Positions 1-10,083 of a DNA stretch of 64,000 nt are shown here, piece after piece. Within the stretch, counting starts at the first letter, position 1. Each line of letters starts with the position of its first letter. The translations under genes and the position numbers were made by a program. Source of the stretch: an uncultured Holophagales bacterium (GTDB taxonomy: Bacteria > Acidobacteriota > Thermoanaerobaculia > Multivoradales > UBA5704); the NCBI GenBank assembly GCA_963842525.1, contig CAWJGT010000024.1:139995-203994 (forward strand). The letters are read 5' to 3'. Below the pieces are notes generated by a model. It saw only the letters and a list, made by a program, of their open reading frames with translations. It made no database searches and was not told the DNA's origin.

Positions 1-23
1 TCGCGCACGTGCACAACGGGCAT
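1..23 (-). CDS. 5' end of a gene running off the window, possibly 30S ribosomal protein S21
   Basis: ATG at 23 reads MPVVHVR and follows a strong SD (GAGGTGA). It resembles S21 N-termini, but only 7 codons are visible. Confidence 0.4.
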
Positions 24-128
24 TGTGAGTCTCACCTCTCTTCCGTGTCAGGATGCCGCGTCCGAACAGGACGCGAAGCTCCAATTTCGCTCAAGTGCGG
101 TGGAAAGTCAAGCGCCGGAGCCGACTAG

Positions 129-1037
129 TCAGCCGGTACCCAGGCCGGTGGAGGAGGGCTCCGGGCTCGCGGGAGCGGCCGGGTAGCTCTCCGGCCGGAG
201 GCCCTCGCGGCCCGGTCCGACCGCGTCGAAGTCCACCTCGTAGACGACGTAGCCCTTCCCCTGCTGCTGGAACCAGACCGCGGCGGCCCCGCCCTGCGCG
301 TCCTTGGTGTAGAACCAGGCCGTGATTCCCTTTTCGGGGTACTCCCGGACGTTGTTCAGGTTGGGTTGCCCGAGGGCCGCCCGGACCTCCTGCTGGGTCA
401 TCCCTTCCTTGACCTGCGCGAAGCGCTCCGCCGTCATGTAGCGCCGGGCGCGGGCGCTCTCCAGCTCCTGCCGCAGGCGCGGGTTGTCCGGGTCCACGGC
501 GAGAGCGGCCTCGTAGATGTCGAGGGCCCGCCGGTAGTCGCCGCCCCGCTCGATGTGCTCGCGGGCGAGGCGGATGTCCTCGTCGCTCTTCATGCGGACC
601 GCCTCGAGCAGCCGCCCGGACAGCGGCTCGCCCTCGACCGCCGGATGGGCGTTGATGAAGTCGATCAGGCGGCGGTTGAGCTCGTCGGTCTGGCCGCGGA
701 CCTCCTGCTCGAGCTTCTCGAGCGTGTCGCGGGCCGCGGCCGGTGGGGGGGCCGGCGAGGCCGGTCCGTCCGGACGGGCAGCGGCCTGCGTCCGGGCGAG
801 CTGATTGCGCTTGCCGTCCAGACGCTGCTTCGCCTGCCGGAGCCAGGCCCACTCGGCATCGTCGGCGGCCTGGACCTGCTCGTCGGCGCCCCGGCCGGAG
901 CGGCCGCAGCCGGAGAAAATGCCTGCAAGGAGGCTGGTGGAGAGGAGCGTCAGGGCGAGCACGGCGGGCCATTGCGGGGGCCATCGCGGCGTGGGACGGC
1001 TGGGCTCGAATCGATCGCTGGCGGGCTCTCTGTCCAT
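129..1037 (-). CDS. Putative lipoprotein with coiled coil, TPR-like segment and C-terminal SmpA/BamE-like domain
   Basis: Hydrophobic stretch ending in GIFSGC; TPR-like DYRRALDIYEAALAVDPDN; BamE-like FAQVKEGMTQQEVRAALGQP...WFY. Confidence 0.7.
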   Translation of the reverse strand: MDREPASDRFEPSRPTPRWPPQWPAVLALTLLSTSLLAGIFSGCGRSGRGADEQVQAADDAEWAWLRQAKQRLDGKRNQLARTQAAARPDGPASPAPPPAAARDTLEKLEQEVRGQTDELNRRLIDFINAHPAVEGEPLSGRLLEAVRMKSDEDIRLAREHIERGGDYRRALDIYEAALAVDPDNPRLRQELESARARRYMTAERFAQVKEGMTQQEVRAALGQPNLNNVREYPEKGITAWFYTKDAQGGAAAVWFQQQGKGYVVYEVDFDAVGPGREGLRPESYPAAPASPEPSSTGLGTG

Positions 1038-1221
1038 CTCGTTTCCCGGTCGGAGCGGCAAGGTACCACAGCCCGATAGGCCCCGCCAGTCCCGGGTCCG
1101 CCTCTAAGCCCTTGTGGAAACGGGGGTTTCGCGCCCGGCCATGCCTTGACACGTGTGGAACGGCTACAGAATAATGAGCTGCCTTCAGATGAGTCTGACG
1201 AGAACGCGCGGAGAGCTGAGG

Positions 1222-2851
1222 ATGTCCCTTTCGGAAAGAGTCCAGCAGATCAATCGGGAGATCAGCGCCACTGTGGAGCGCGCTCTCTCCGGCCTGCGCG
1301 AGGAAGTCTCGCAACGCCTGCGCAGCAGCCACGAAGAGGTCCTGCGGCGCCTGGACGAGATTACCCCGGAGCTGCCGGGCGCCTACCTCGCCGACCAGGA
1401 CATCCATCCGGTCGCCGAGCAGATGGCCTCGGCCGCGGCGGCCGTCGCGGGTGCCGTGGCGCGTCACAACGCCTTCGTCGAGGCCCGTGACGCCATCGCC
1501 GCGATCGACCGCTCCCGCTCGCAGGCGGAGATCCTGGCAGCGTTGCTGCGCGAGTCGTCGCGCTTCGCCTCCCGGGCGGCCGTGCTGCTGCTGCGCGGCG
1601 ACGAGCTGCGCGGCTGGGGCGGCCAGGGGTTTGGCGAAGCCGAGCCGGGCATCCGCGAGCTGGCCCTTCCCGCCTCGGATGGAAGCCCGTGGGGCCGGCT
1701 GGCGCAGGCCCAGGGCGCCGAGCGGCTGAACGCCGCCGAGTGCGCCGCGCTGTGCAGCCGGATCGAGGCCCCCCTGCCCCACGACGGGCTCCTGGTGCCG
1801 CTGGTCCTGCGCGACCGCATCGCCGCCGCCCTCTATGCCGACCGCCTGGACGGCGACCTCGCGGTCGAGGCCCTCCAGGTCCTCTGCAATGTGGCGGCGC
1901 AGGCCATCGAGCTGCTGCCGTTCCGCGATCGGCCGTTCACCCCGACGCTGAATCTGGAGGGCGATGGAGCGGCCTCTCCCACGGTGTCCGAGCCCGCTCC
2001 CGCGCCGGTCCCCGTTCCCGAGCCCGAGCCGGCGACCGAGCCGGAGGCTGCCCCGGAGGTCGTCCCGGAGGCGTCGAGCGCGCCCGCCGAGCCGGAGCCC
2101 GCCGTCGCGGCAGAGCCCGAGCTGCCCGAGTTGGAAGCCGAGCCGGAGCCGGTCCCCTCTCCCTGGGCGTTCACGCCTGCGGAGCCGGAGGCGGAGGCCG
2201 AGGTGGAGACGCTCTCGGACGTGGAGGCGATCCCCGAAGAGCTTCCGGAAGAGCCGGCTCCGGCCTCCGAGCCCGCCAGGTTCGCCAATATCGCCTGCGG
2301 CCACCGTCTACCAGCCCATCCCGGTCCCTCCCCCGGCGGCCAGCGAGGCGACCGTCCTGCTGCAGCGGCCGAATCTGCAGTCCGTGCCGGCCCCGCCGGC
2401 GCCAGCGGCTCCAACACCGCTGCGGCCGGTGCCTCCCCCGGCGCCCTTGTCTCAAACACCGCCACCCGAGCCGGCCGAAGCCGCGCCCAGCAGCTCCCCG
2501 GCCAGTCTCGCAGGCTCTCCGGAGGTCAAGCCACCGAGCGACGTCGAGGGTCCGGGCTGGGCCTTCGCCACCGGCCGCGTCGCCGTCTCGCCGAGCGAAG
2601 AGGCGCTGCACGAAGAAGCCCGCCGGCTGGCGAGGCTCCTCGTCAGCGAGATCAAGCTGTATAATGAGGAGCAGGTTGAAGAAGGCCGACGCAAGCGCGA
2701 CGTCTATGAGCGGCTCAAGGAGGATATTGACCGTTCGCGTCAGATGTACGAGGAGCGGGTGGAGCCCCGGATCCTCAAGTCGACCGATTATTTCTACCAG
2801 GAGCTGGTGCGGATCCTCGCCGCGGGGGACGCCAAGGCCCTGGGTATCTGA
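1222..2851 (+). CDS. GAF-like domain protein with Pro/Glu-rich linker and conserved helical C-terminal domain (one frameshift near 2280-2295)
   Basis: GAF-like LLVPLVLRDRIAAALYAD in ORF 1153-2664; C-terminal HEEARRLARLLVSEIKLYN...DIDRSRQMY in overlapping ORF 1964-2851. Confidence 0.7.
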
Positions 2852-2901
2852 AACCTGCCAGTTGTCGCGCCTCCGGCCTTCCGGAGCGCTGGTGGAGCGC
2901 A

Positions 2902-5134
2902 GTGAGAAGTTCTAGAAGTGCTTTTGTAACGCGTAGGAACCTTTTCCCTCTCGCCCTGGTCCTCCTCGGAGCCCTGTTGCTGGGGTCCGCCCCGCAAACC
3001 CTGTCGCGGACCGGCTCGATCGCGCCGATCCCCGGCACCTCCGACCGCGCGGCGCTGATCTACGCCGAAGCGGCCGCCGCGGTCCGCAGCAAGGATTGCG
3101 CCGGCGCCTACAAGGTCCTCAACCCGCTGATGACGGGCAAGGGCCAGGAGGCCTCCTTCGCCCGCCTGCTGATCGGCTTCTATGCCCACGCCTGCGAGCA
3201 GGTGGGCTACGCCGAGGAGCGGCTGTTCGCCGCCAGCGATCCGGGCGGGTCCCTGGAGGACTGGCGCCTCTACCTGCTGAGCGACAGCGCGGCGGCCCAG
3301 GGGCATACCCTGCTCGCGCAGGCCTCCCTCGGCAAGCTGATCGGCGACTATCCCGCCTCTCCCCTGCGCCCGCGCGCCTTGCTCAAGGCGGCGACGATCG
3401 CCTGGGAGCGGACCGACTCGCAGCGCGCCCTGGAGCTGATCGAAAAGGCGCGGCGCGACGGCGTCAAGGGCGAGGAGAAGGCGCAGATCGAGCGGCTGGC
3501 CTGGGACATCGGGACCCGCCTGGACGACCCGGCGATCCGGCGTGAAGCCGCCCGGCACCTGCTCGCCGAGGCGCCCGCGGTGGCGTCCGAGCTCCAGGTG
3601 GCCGAGATCTTCCGCGGCCCCGGCGGCGACCTCGCCTGGGGGAGCTTCCTCACCGCGGAGCAGCTCCGCCGGCGGGCCCGCGCGCTGCTCGACATGAAGC
3701 TCGATCCGAACGCCGGGTCGTCGCTCGACGCCGTTCCCGCGAGCGAGCGCAATGTCGAATGGTACCTGCTCAAGGCCGAGTCGCTGACTCGCCAGGGGAA
3801 GGGCGAGGACGCGCTGTTGCTCCTGGCCTCGCGGACCACGGCCGATCCCGGGCAGGCGGCGGCGCTCGAATGGGCTCGCGCCATGGCGGCGGACGACGTG
3901 GCCACGGCCCGCCGCGGCCGGACCAACCTTCCGTCGGCCGAACGCCAGCGGATGCGGAGCCTCGCGCAGCAATACCTGCAGAAGGTGGCCCAGCCGGGCG
4001 CCGATCCCGAGCTGGCGGCCAAGGCCCTGCGCACCCTCTACGCCGACCAGATCGAGGACGACCTTTTCGATGCGGCCATCGCTTCGCTGCGCCAGCTCCG
4101 CAAGCGTCGATCCCGCCGACACGACCGGCGCGACCCATCTCTGGAACCTGGGCTGGCGCGAGTACGGCCGGCGCAACTACAGCGGCGCCGTGGGGTATTG
4201 GACCGAGCTGTACGCCCTCTACCCCAACGAATCCAGCGGGCGCCGGGGCCGGTACTGGACCGCGCGCGCTTTCGAGCTCCTCGGCGAGACCGAGCGGGCG
4301 CAGCAGATCTATGCCGACGTGGCCTCTGCGGACACCACGGACTTCTACCGCAAGAACGCCCTGGCGCGGCTGCGCCAGCAGGCTGCCGCCAGCCCGCGGG
4401 GCGGAGCGGCCACCGAGCCCTGGCCGAACGATCCGGCCGTGGCACGGGTGCGGCTGCTCACCGACCTCGGGCTCGAGGATCTGGCCCTCTCCGAGCTGGC
4501 CATGGTCCGGGAGGATGCGCCGCCGCGCTCCGTGCGCGCCCTCGAAGCGCTGATCCTGGCCCGCCAGGGCGACCGCCGCAAGAGCGTCATGGCCATCCGC
4601 GACGCCTTCCCGGCGCTGGGTGGCGCCTACCAGGCGAGCCTGCCGGAGGAGGCGCGCCGCATCTACTATCCGATCGACTACCAGGACACGATCCGCACCT
4701 GGGCGACGCGCAACCAGCTCCCGCTCCACCTGGTTTTGGGCATCATCCGCCAGGAGAGCGCCTTCGACCGCAACGCCCAGAGCTGGGCGGGCGCGCGCGG
4801 CCTGATGCAGCTCATGCCGGCCACGGCGCGCGAGCTGGCCGGCAAGCTCGGCCTTTCCTACACGCACGAAAAGCTCTCCGACCCGGACTTCAACCTCCGG
4901 CTCGGCACCACCTACTTCAGCAACGTGCTCGACATGTTCGGCGGCAACGTCGAGCTCTCGCTCGCCGGTTACAACGGCGGCCCCTACCGGATCAAGCGAC
5001 TGTGGAAGGAGTGGGGGACATCGGAGATGGACCGCTTCCTCGAGAGCCTGGACATCGAGGAGTCGAAGACCTACGTGAAGCGGATCCTGGTCCTCTCGGA
5101 CAGCTACCGGCAGCTCTACTCGATCCCGGGGTGA
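2902..5134 (+). CDS. slt: Soluble lytic murein transglycosylase (Slt70-like, helical repeats plus SLT domain); frameshift near 4107
   Basis: SLT motifs IIRQESAF, GARGLMQLMP, AGYNGG and EESKTYVKRI in ORF 4070-5134; signal peptide and helical repeats in ORF from 2902. Confidence 0.85.
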
Positions 5135-5138
5135 GTGA

Positions 5139-5192
5139 CCTCACCCCCTGTCCCCCTCTCCCGTCGCCCCCCCTCCGGCCGGGAGAGGGGGG
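5139..5192. repeat. Palindromic repeat/hairpin (CCCCCTCTCCC...GGGAGAGGGGG)
   Basis: Inverted repeat visible directly after the slt stop. Similar C-rich/G-rich hairpin at about 58311-58342. Confidence 0.55.
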
Positions 5193-5243
5193 ACGTGGTT
5201 CGGCGGCCGTGCCTACGTTCACCTATCGGGACGCGCCCGATCG

Positions 5244-5352
5244 CCCCGGGTTGACACCCGGGGCTACCCAGTTCCGCCCTCCGGGCTCTGGAACCCTCAG
5301 CTCTCGCGAGCCCGGAGGGCGACATTCGGTAGCCCAGGGTGTGAACCCTGGG
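5244..5352. repeat. REP-like inverted doublet (REPIN-like, GTAG family)
   Basis: 5244-5288 is a near reverse complement of 5308-5352. The right arm contains GTAG followed by the palindrome CCCAGGGTGTGAACCCTGGG. Confidence 0.75.
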
Positions 5353-6801
5353 CGAGGGCTGCTGCTGCTGCTCCTCCTTCTTTCCGCCTGCGCCCGCACC
5401 CCCGCCCCGCACGACGGCCCGATCGTGCTCGTCACCCTCGACTCCCTGCGGACCGACGTGGTGGACGGGCTCGGCGGTCCGCAGGGGCTGATGCCCCGCC
5501 TCTCGAAGCTGGTCCACGAGGCTGACTGGGCCGGCCCGGCCATCTCTCCCTCGAGCTGGGGGGTGCCGGCCATGGCCTCGATCTTCACGGGTCTGCAGCC
5601 GTGGCAGCACCAGGCCCTCCACGCCGGCCAGGCCCGGCTCGCGCCGGAGCTGGTCACGCTGCCCGAGGCGCTCGGTGCCCGCGGATACACGACCGCCGGG
5701 TATTTCACCGGCCGCTGGTACTCCGACAAGCTCGGCTATGCGCAGGGGTTCGACATCTTCCAGAACCTGGGCCGGGGCCGGCGCGCGTTCGACCGGCTGG
5801 GCAACCTCGGCGGCGGACGGCAGCTCGTCTGGGTGCACCTCCCGGAGCCGCAGGCGCCTTATGTATTGCGCGACGAGCTGATCACCCGCCTGGCGCCGCC
5901 GCTCCCTCCCACGCTGCCGCGGAGGATCCTGACCGCCCAGCTCGAGCCTTTTTTCGATCCCGCCGAGCCCCTTCCCCCGGGCCGACGCCGCCAGTTCTGG
6001 GCGATGTACCGGCTCAACGCCGCCTGGGCGGACGAGCGGCTCGGCCGCGTGCTCGACGCCCTGCGCGCCAGCGGCCAATGGGACCGGACGCTGCTGGTCG
6101 TCACCGCCAACCACGGCGAAGAGTTCGGCGAGCGGGAGCAGATCCTCCACGGCGGCAACCTGGGACGCCGGCTCCTGGAGGTCCCCCTGGTGATCAAGCT
6201 GCCCCAGGGGTTCGGCCGCCGTCTCCACATCCCCGCCGGGCAGCGGGTCGGGACGGTCCGCCTGTGGGCGACGCTCGTCGAGGCTGCCGGGGGCACCGCA
6301 CCGCCGGCCGTGGCGCCCAGCCTCTTCCGCCCGGCGCCGGCAGGCGTGCTCTCGGAGCTCTACCTGACCAACGGGACCAACCAGTTTTCGTGGGTCGAAG
6401 GGAACGACCAGCTCCTCTGGGAGTCGCGCTTCGCGCCGCCGGAGCCGGAGTACTACCGCGCGCTCCGTGCCGTGGGCCGGTCCGGGCTCCGTCTCTCCGA
6501 GCCGCCGGAGGCGATCTTCGCGCGCCTGGATGCGGCCTTCCGGACCGCGCCGCCGCTCTCGGGGACGGGCGCGCCGCGCCTCACCCTGGAGCGCTGGGAC
6601 GAGAGGGAGAGCCGGCCGGTGGTCGATCCTGCACGGACGGCCGCCATGGCGCGGCGTCTCGCCCAGGCCTGGAACCGGTTCGCGCCGGGAGAGCTGGTCC
6701 CCGGCGAGGAGGAGACCGCCTGGAGCCGGCCGTCCCCTCCGTCGGCGCCGGCCCGGAAAAAGGGTGGCTCCAGGCAGACGGCAGCTCGTGGGCAGGGATG
6801 A
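5341..6801 (+). CDS. Sulfatase/alkaline-phosphatase-superfamily lipoprotein with degenerate active-site motifs (start uncertain; frame open from GTG 5131)
   Basis: LLLLLSAC lipobox; IVLVTLDSLRTD; SSWGVPAMASIFTG; TLPEAL...GYTT; VVTANHGEEFGE. Confidence 0.75.
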   Translation: MNPGRGLLLLLLLLSACARTPAPHDGPIVLVTLDSLRTDVVDGLGGPQGLMPRLSKLVHEADWAGPAISPSSWGVPAMASIFTGLQPWQHQALHAGQARLAPELVTLPEALGARGYTTAGYFTGRWYSDKLGYAQGFDIFQNLGRGRRAFDRLGNLGGGRQLVWVHLPEPQAPYVLRDELITRLAPPLPPTLPRRILTAQLEPFFDPAEPLPPGRRRQFWAMYRLNAAWADERLGRVLDALRASGQWDRTLLVVTANHGEEFGEREQILHGGNLGRRLLEVPLVIKLPQGFGRRLHIPAGQRVGTVRLWATLVEAAGGTAPPAVAPSLFRPAPAGVLSELYLTNGTNQFSWVEGNDQLLWESRFAPPEPEYYRALRAVGRSGLRLSEPPEAIFARLDAAFRTAPPLSGTGAPRLTLERWDERESRPVVDPARTAAMARRLAQAWNRFAPGELVPGEEETAWSRPSPPSAPARKKGGSRQTAARGQG

Positions 6802-6807
6802 TATACT
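6799..6807 (+). promoter_or_regulatory. Extended -10 promoter element for the tRNA
   Basis: TGATATACT (TGn plus TATACT) about 30 nt upstream of the tRNA. Confidence 0.5.
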
Positions 6808-6836
6808 CGCGAACCGCCCTGAAAGGGGCGCTTCCC

Positions 6837-6909
6837 GGGTCCATAGCTCAGCGGTTAGAGCATCCGGCTCATAACCGGACGGTCCCTGGTTCAAATCCAG
6901 GTGGACCCA
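6837..6909 (+). tRNA. tRNA with CAT anticodon, most likely tRNA-Ile2 (lysidine-modified); CCA not encoded
   Basis: Acceptor stem GGGTCCA/TGGACCC, D-arm AGCTCAGCGGTTAGAGC, anticodon arm CCGG-CTCATAA-CCGG, T-loop GGTTCAAATCC. Paired G1-C72 argues against initiator Met. Confidence 0.9.
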
Positions 6910-6973
6910 CTCCGAAGCTCGGACGGGGCTCTAATTTTTTCTCTTTCTTCCTAGAGGAGTTGCTATCTCATCC

Positions 6974-7726
6974 ATGAACCCGCAGATCGAAAAGGTCGTG
7001 GAGCTGCAGGACGCGATCTCCCGCCTCCGCGAGGCCGAGCAACGGCTGCATGGCATTCCGGACTGGATGCGCGAGCTCCACGACGAGCATGTGGCCCGCC
7101 GCGCGGAGATCGACGTTCTCGACGAAGCCGCCCAGACCGCCACCCGCGAACGCCGCACCGCCGAAGCCTCGACGCAAGACGCCCAGGAAAAGCTCAAGAA
7201 ATACCAGCAGCAGATCAATCGCGTCAGCACCCAGCGCGAATATGGAGCGTTGCTCCAGGAGATCGACACCGTGAAATCACAGATCTCCGGCTTTGAGGAG
7301 CAGGGCCTGGCCGCCCTGGAGAAGACCGAGCAGACGCAGAAGGAGCTGGAGGTCAAGCGCGAGGGCTTCCGCGAGCTGGACGAGCGCTACCAGACCGAGC
7401 TTGTCCGCTGGGAGAGCGAAAAACCGGAGATCGCCCGCCAGGCCGAGGAGCTGCGCGCCAGGATCGCCGCGCTGCGCGCCCAGGTGCCGCGCCCCCAGCT
7501 CTCGCTGTTCGACCGTCTCCTCGATCGCTATCCCGGCGGGGCTCTCGCGTCCGTGCGTCCCATCGAGCGCCCCGGTCGCACCCAGCGCGAGTGGCATTGC
7601 AGTGCCTGCAACTACCGGGTGAGGCCCCAGACCGTGGTGGAGATCCGCAACTCGGGCACCATGGTCCAGTGCGACAGTTGCAAGCGGGTCCTCTATCTCG
7701 AGCCCGAGCAGCAGCAGGACTTGTGA
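6974..7726 (+). CDS. Coiled-coil protein with C4 zinc ribbon (DUF164/CT398-like)
   Basis: Long coiled coil; CSACNYRVRPQ...QCDSCKRVLY. Confidence 0.85.
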   Translation: MNPQIEKVVELQDAISRLREAEQRLHGIPDWMRELHDEHVARRAEIDVLDEAAQTATRERRTAEASTQDAQEKLKKYQQQINRVSTQREYGALLQEIDTVKSQISGFEEQGLAALEKTEQTQKELEVKREGFRELDERYQTELVRWESEKPEIARQAEELRARIAALRAQVPRPQLSLFDRLLDRYPGGALASVRPIERPGRTQREWHCSACNYRVRPQTVVEIRNSGTMVQCDSCKRVLYLEPEQQQDL

Positions 7727-8439
7727 GCGGCATCGCCGGGCGTCTCGCCGAGGTCGAGGCCCGCATCGCGGCGGCCTGCGAGCGGGCCGGCCGCTCGCCC
7801 GCGGAGGTCACGCTGGTCGGGGTCAGCAAGACCCACCCCGCCTCCGCGGTCGAAGAGGCCTGGCGCGCCGGCCTCAAGGTCCTGGGAGAGAACCGGGTCC
7901 AGGAGGCGGTCGCCAAGAGCCGCGAGCTGGGCCATCTCCAACCACCGCCGGAGTGGCATCTGATCGGCCCTCTCCAGTCGAACAAGGTCCGCCAGGCCCT
8001 CGAGCTGTTCCGCACCATCCACTCGATCGACCGTCCCAGGATCGCCGAGGCGCTGGACCGTGAGGCCGGTGCTCTCGGCCTCCGCGTCTCCGGCTTCCTG
8101 GAGGTCAACCTGGGGGAAGAGGGGAGCAAGCACGGCTTTTCACCCCGGAGGCTTACGGACGCGGTCCGCCCGTTCGCGCACCTGGAGCACCTGCGGATCG
8201 TCGGCCTCATGGCCATCCCGCCCGCCGCGGACGAGCCGGAAGCCTCGCGCCCCTGGTTCATCCGCCTCCGCGAGCTGCGCGACGAGCTCGCCGCCCGCCC
8301 CGAGTGGTCGGGTTTCCCCGGCTGGCTCTCGATGGGCATGAGCCACGACTACGAGGTGGCAATCGAGGAGGGGGCGACCCACGTGCGCGTGGGCACCGCG
8401 GTGTTTGGTGCACGCGGCGCACGCGACGCGCAGGGGTAA
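7723..8439 (+). CDS. yggS: PLP homeostasis protein (YggS/PLPBP)
   Basis: LVGVSKT, GENRVQEA, WHLIGPLQSNK, GLMAIPP, LSMGMSHDYEVAIEEGATHVRVGT; GTG overlaps the upstream stop. Confidence 0.92.
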   Translation: MSGIAGRLAEVEARIAAACERAGRSPAEVTLVGVSKTHPASAVEEAWRAGLKVLGENRVQEAVAKSRELGHLQPPPEWHLIGPLQSNKVRQALELFRTIHSIDRPRIAEALDREAGALGLRVSGFLEVNLGEEGSKHGFSPRRLTDAVRPFAHLEHLRIVGLMAIPPAADEPEASRPWFIRLRELRDELAARPEWSGFPGWLSMGMSHDYEVAIEEGATHVRVGTAVFGARGARDAQG

Positions 8440-8520
8440 TCAGGCGAGAGTCCTTTTTTTATGCTAAGATAGCTATCTATTTTGTCCAGAGAGTGATCCG
8501 AACGGCTTTTCGGAGGTCCC

Positions 8521-9021
8521 ATGGCGCTGACTCCCCTCGAGATCCAGAAGATGCGCTTCAGCCAGCGGATGAGGGGCTATGACGCGACCGAGGTCGAGAG
8601 CTTCCTCTCGCTGCTCGCCGAGGAGATGACGGCCCGTCTCGCCCATCTCGACAAGCTCGAACGGGAGAACCGCTATTACCGCCAGCGGCTGGAAGAGGGC
8701 GAGCAGCGGGAGCACCAGCTCCAGCAGACCCTGCTGCGGGCGCAGAAGGTGTCGGACGAGATCCTGGCCAATGCCCGCCGCGAAGCCGAGCTGACGGTCA
8801 AGGAGGCCGAGATGGCCGCCGACAAGATCGTGCAGCAGGCCATCGATCAGTCCACCCGCATCGAGGCGAGGATCTCCGAGCTGCGCGCCTCGCGCCGCGA
8901 GCTGCAGCTCAAGTTCAAGAACACCCTCGACCTCTTCCAGCACATCCTGGAAACGGAGATCGAGGACGAGCGGACCACGGCGACCGTCCTCACCCTCCCG
9001 CGCAAGCGGCGCGAGGCCTGA
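8521..9021 (+). CDS. DivIVA-domain protein
   Basis: MALTPLEIQKMRFSQRMRGYDATEVESFL followed by coiled coil; GGAGG SD; typical position after yggS. Confidence 0.88.
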   Translation: MALTPLEIQKMRFSQRMRGYDATEVESFLSLLAEEMTARLAHLDKLERENRYYRQRLEEGEQREHQLQQTLLRAQKVSDEILANARREAELTVKEAEMAADKIVQQAIDQSTRIEARISELRASRRELQLKFKNTLDLFQHILETEIEDERTTATVLTLPRKRREA

Positions 9022-9026
9022 GGGTT

Positions 9027-9305
9027 TTGTCGGTTCCTCCCGGTGCGCGGCGGCTCTTCCCGCATCACGACGAGAGCGCCCTCGATCCCGGCACCTCTCT
9101 GCTGACCGCCCGCCTGTTGGAGGACGGTGACGCCGCGGACCTCTCCTGGCTGACTGCCAACGTGCCCGAAGCCGACCTCGCGGGCTGGCTCGAACGGCAC
9201 GGCGGCCGCCAGCTCTCCCGCCGCAGCCGGGCCTTCTGGGAGGTCGTGCTCGGGCGGAAGGCCGTGCCGCCGCCGGAGTCGAGGAGCCTGCTCTGGCCGC
9301 TCTGA
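9027..9305 (+). CDS. Small DUF6922-like partner (antitoxin-like) of downstream nucleotidyltransferase
   Basis: RLLEDGD...WL...LSRRSRAFW pattern; abuts the AbiEii-like gene. Confidence 0.6.
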   Translation: MSVPPGARRLFPHHDESALDPGTSLLTARLLEDGDAADLSWLTANVPEADLAGWLERHGGRQLSRRSRAFWEVVLGRKAVPPPESRSLLWPL

Positions 9306-9358
9306 CAATCCTTCACCCTGAAGCGCTGGCGCCGCGGGCCCAGGCCCTGATCGGCCGC

Positions 9359-9958
9359 ATGGCGCCGGAGCCCTGGGCCGAAGATCTCTACCTGGCCGGC
9401 TCGGCCGCCCTCGCCCTCTATGTGGGCCACCGGCCGGTGCGGGACCTCGACCTGATGACCGCCACCAACCGGCTGACCCCGCCCGAGCGGCGCGACCTGC
9501 TCGGGCAGCTCCTGGAGCTCGACCCCGCCACGGAAGTCGAAACCGCCAGGGACGGCTACCTCTTTGCCCGTCTGGGCGGCGTGGGGGTGCGCTTCTTCTA
9601 CTACCCCTATCCTCTGGTGGATGCTTTCGAAGACCTCTCCGGGCTCGCCGTGGCCTCGGCGGTCGACCTCGGCCTGATGAAGATCGCCGCGATCATCAGC
9701 CGGGGCACGAAACGGGACTTTGTCGACCTGTACCTCCTGTGCCGCGAGCTGCCGCTGCAGAGCTTGCTGGACCGGGCGGACGACAAGTTCGGGCACGTCC
9801 GCGACTTCCCCCTCCAAGCCCTGAAGGGCCTCGCCGACCTTTCCGAGACCGAGGGAGAGCCCATGCCGCGCCTCGCCGCGCCGCTCGACTGGGAGGAGGT
9901 CGAGTCCTGGGTCCGGGCCGAAGTGCGCGAGCTGGGCCGGGCTCGGGTGGGGTTGTAG
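9359..9958 (+). CDS. AbiEii/AbiGii-family nucleotidyltransferase (true start probably about 20 codons upstream)
   Basis: LYLAGSAALAL..GHR..RDLDL, MKIAAIISRGTKRDFVDLY; the frame is open upstream (LTILHPEAL). Confidence 0.8.
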   Translation: MAPEPWAEDLYLAGSAALALYVGHRPVRDLDLMTATNRLTPPERRDLLGQLLELDPATEVETARDGYLFARLGGVGVRFFYYPYPLVDAFEDLSGLAVASAVDLGLMKIAAIISRGTKRDFVDLYLLCRELPLQSLLDRADDKFGHVRDFPLQALKGLADLSETEGEPMPRLAAPLDWEEVESWVRAEVRELGRARVGL

Positions 9959-10002
9959 GACCAGCCCCTGGCTCAGAGCGGATGAGGTTCGAGCGGACGG
10001 CC

Positions 10003-10083
10003 CTACACCGGCTCACAATCCGACTCGATCACATGCCCGATCGCTTTGATGACCTCGTCGACGTAGACCTCACCAGGCTCCAT
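10003..10083 (-). pseudogene. Internally deleted PemK/MazF-like toxin stub
   Basis: 26-aa ORF MEPGEVY|VDEVIKAIGHVIESDCEPV, coupled by TGATG to the upstream small gene. It resembles the two ends of a MazF-type toxin. Confidence 0.55.

Noticed and set aside
2902-6801. 1299-aa Slt-sulfatase fusion ORF
   Set aside because: Artefact of a frameshift near 4107. The SLT domain is in another frame ending at 5134 and the middle of the long ORF is non-protein-like.
6837-6973. Genomic island integrated at the tRNA
   Set aside because: No integrase, no duplicated tRNA 3' end noticed, and housekeeping genes follow.
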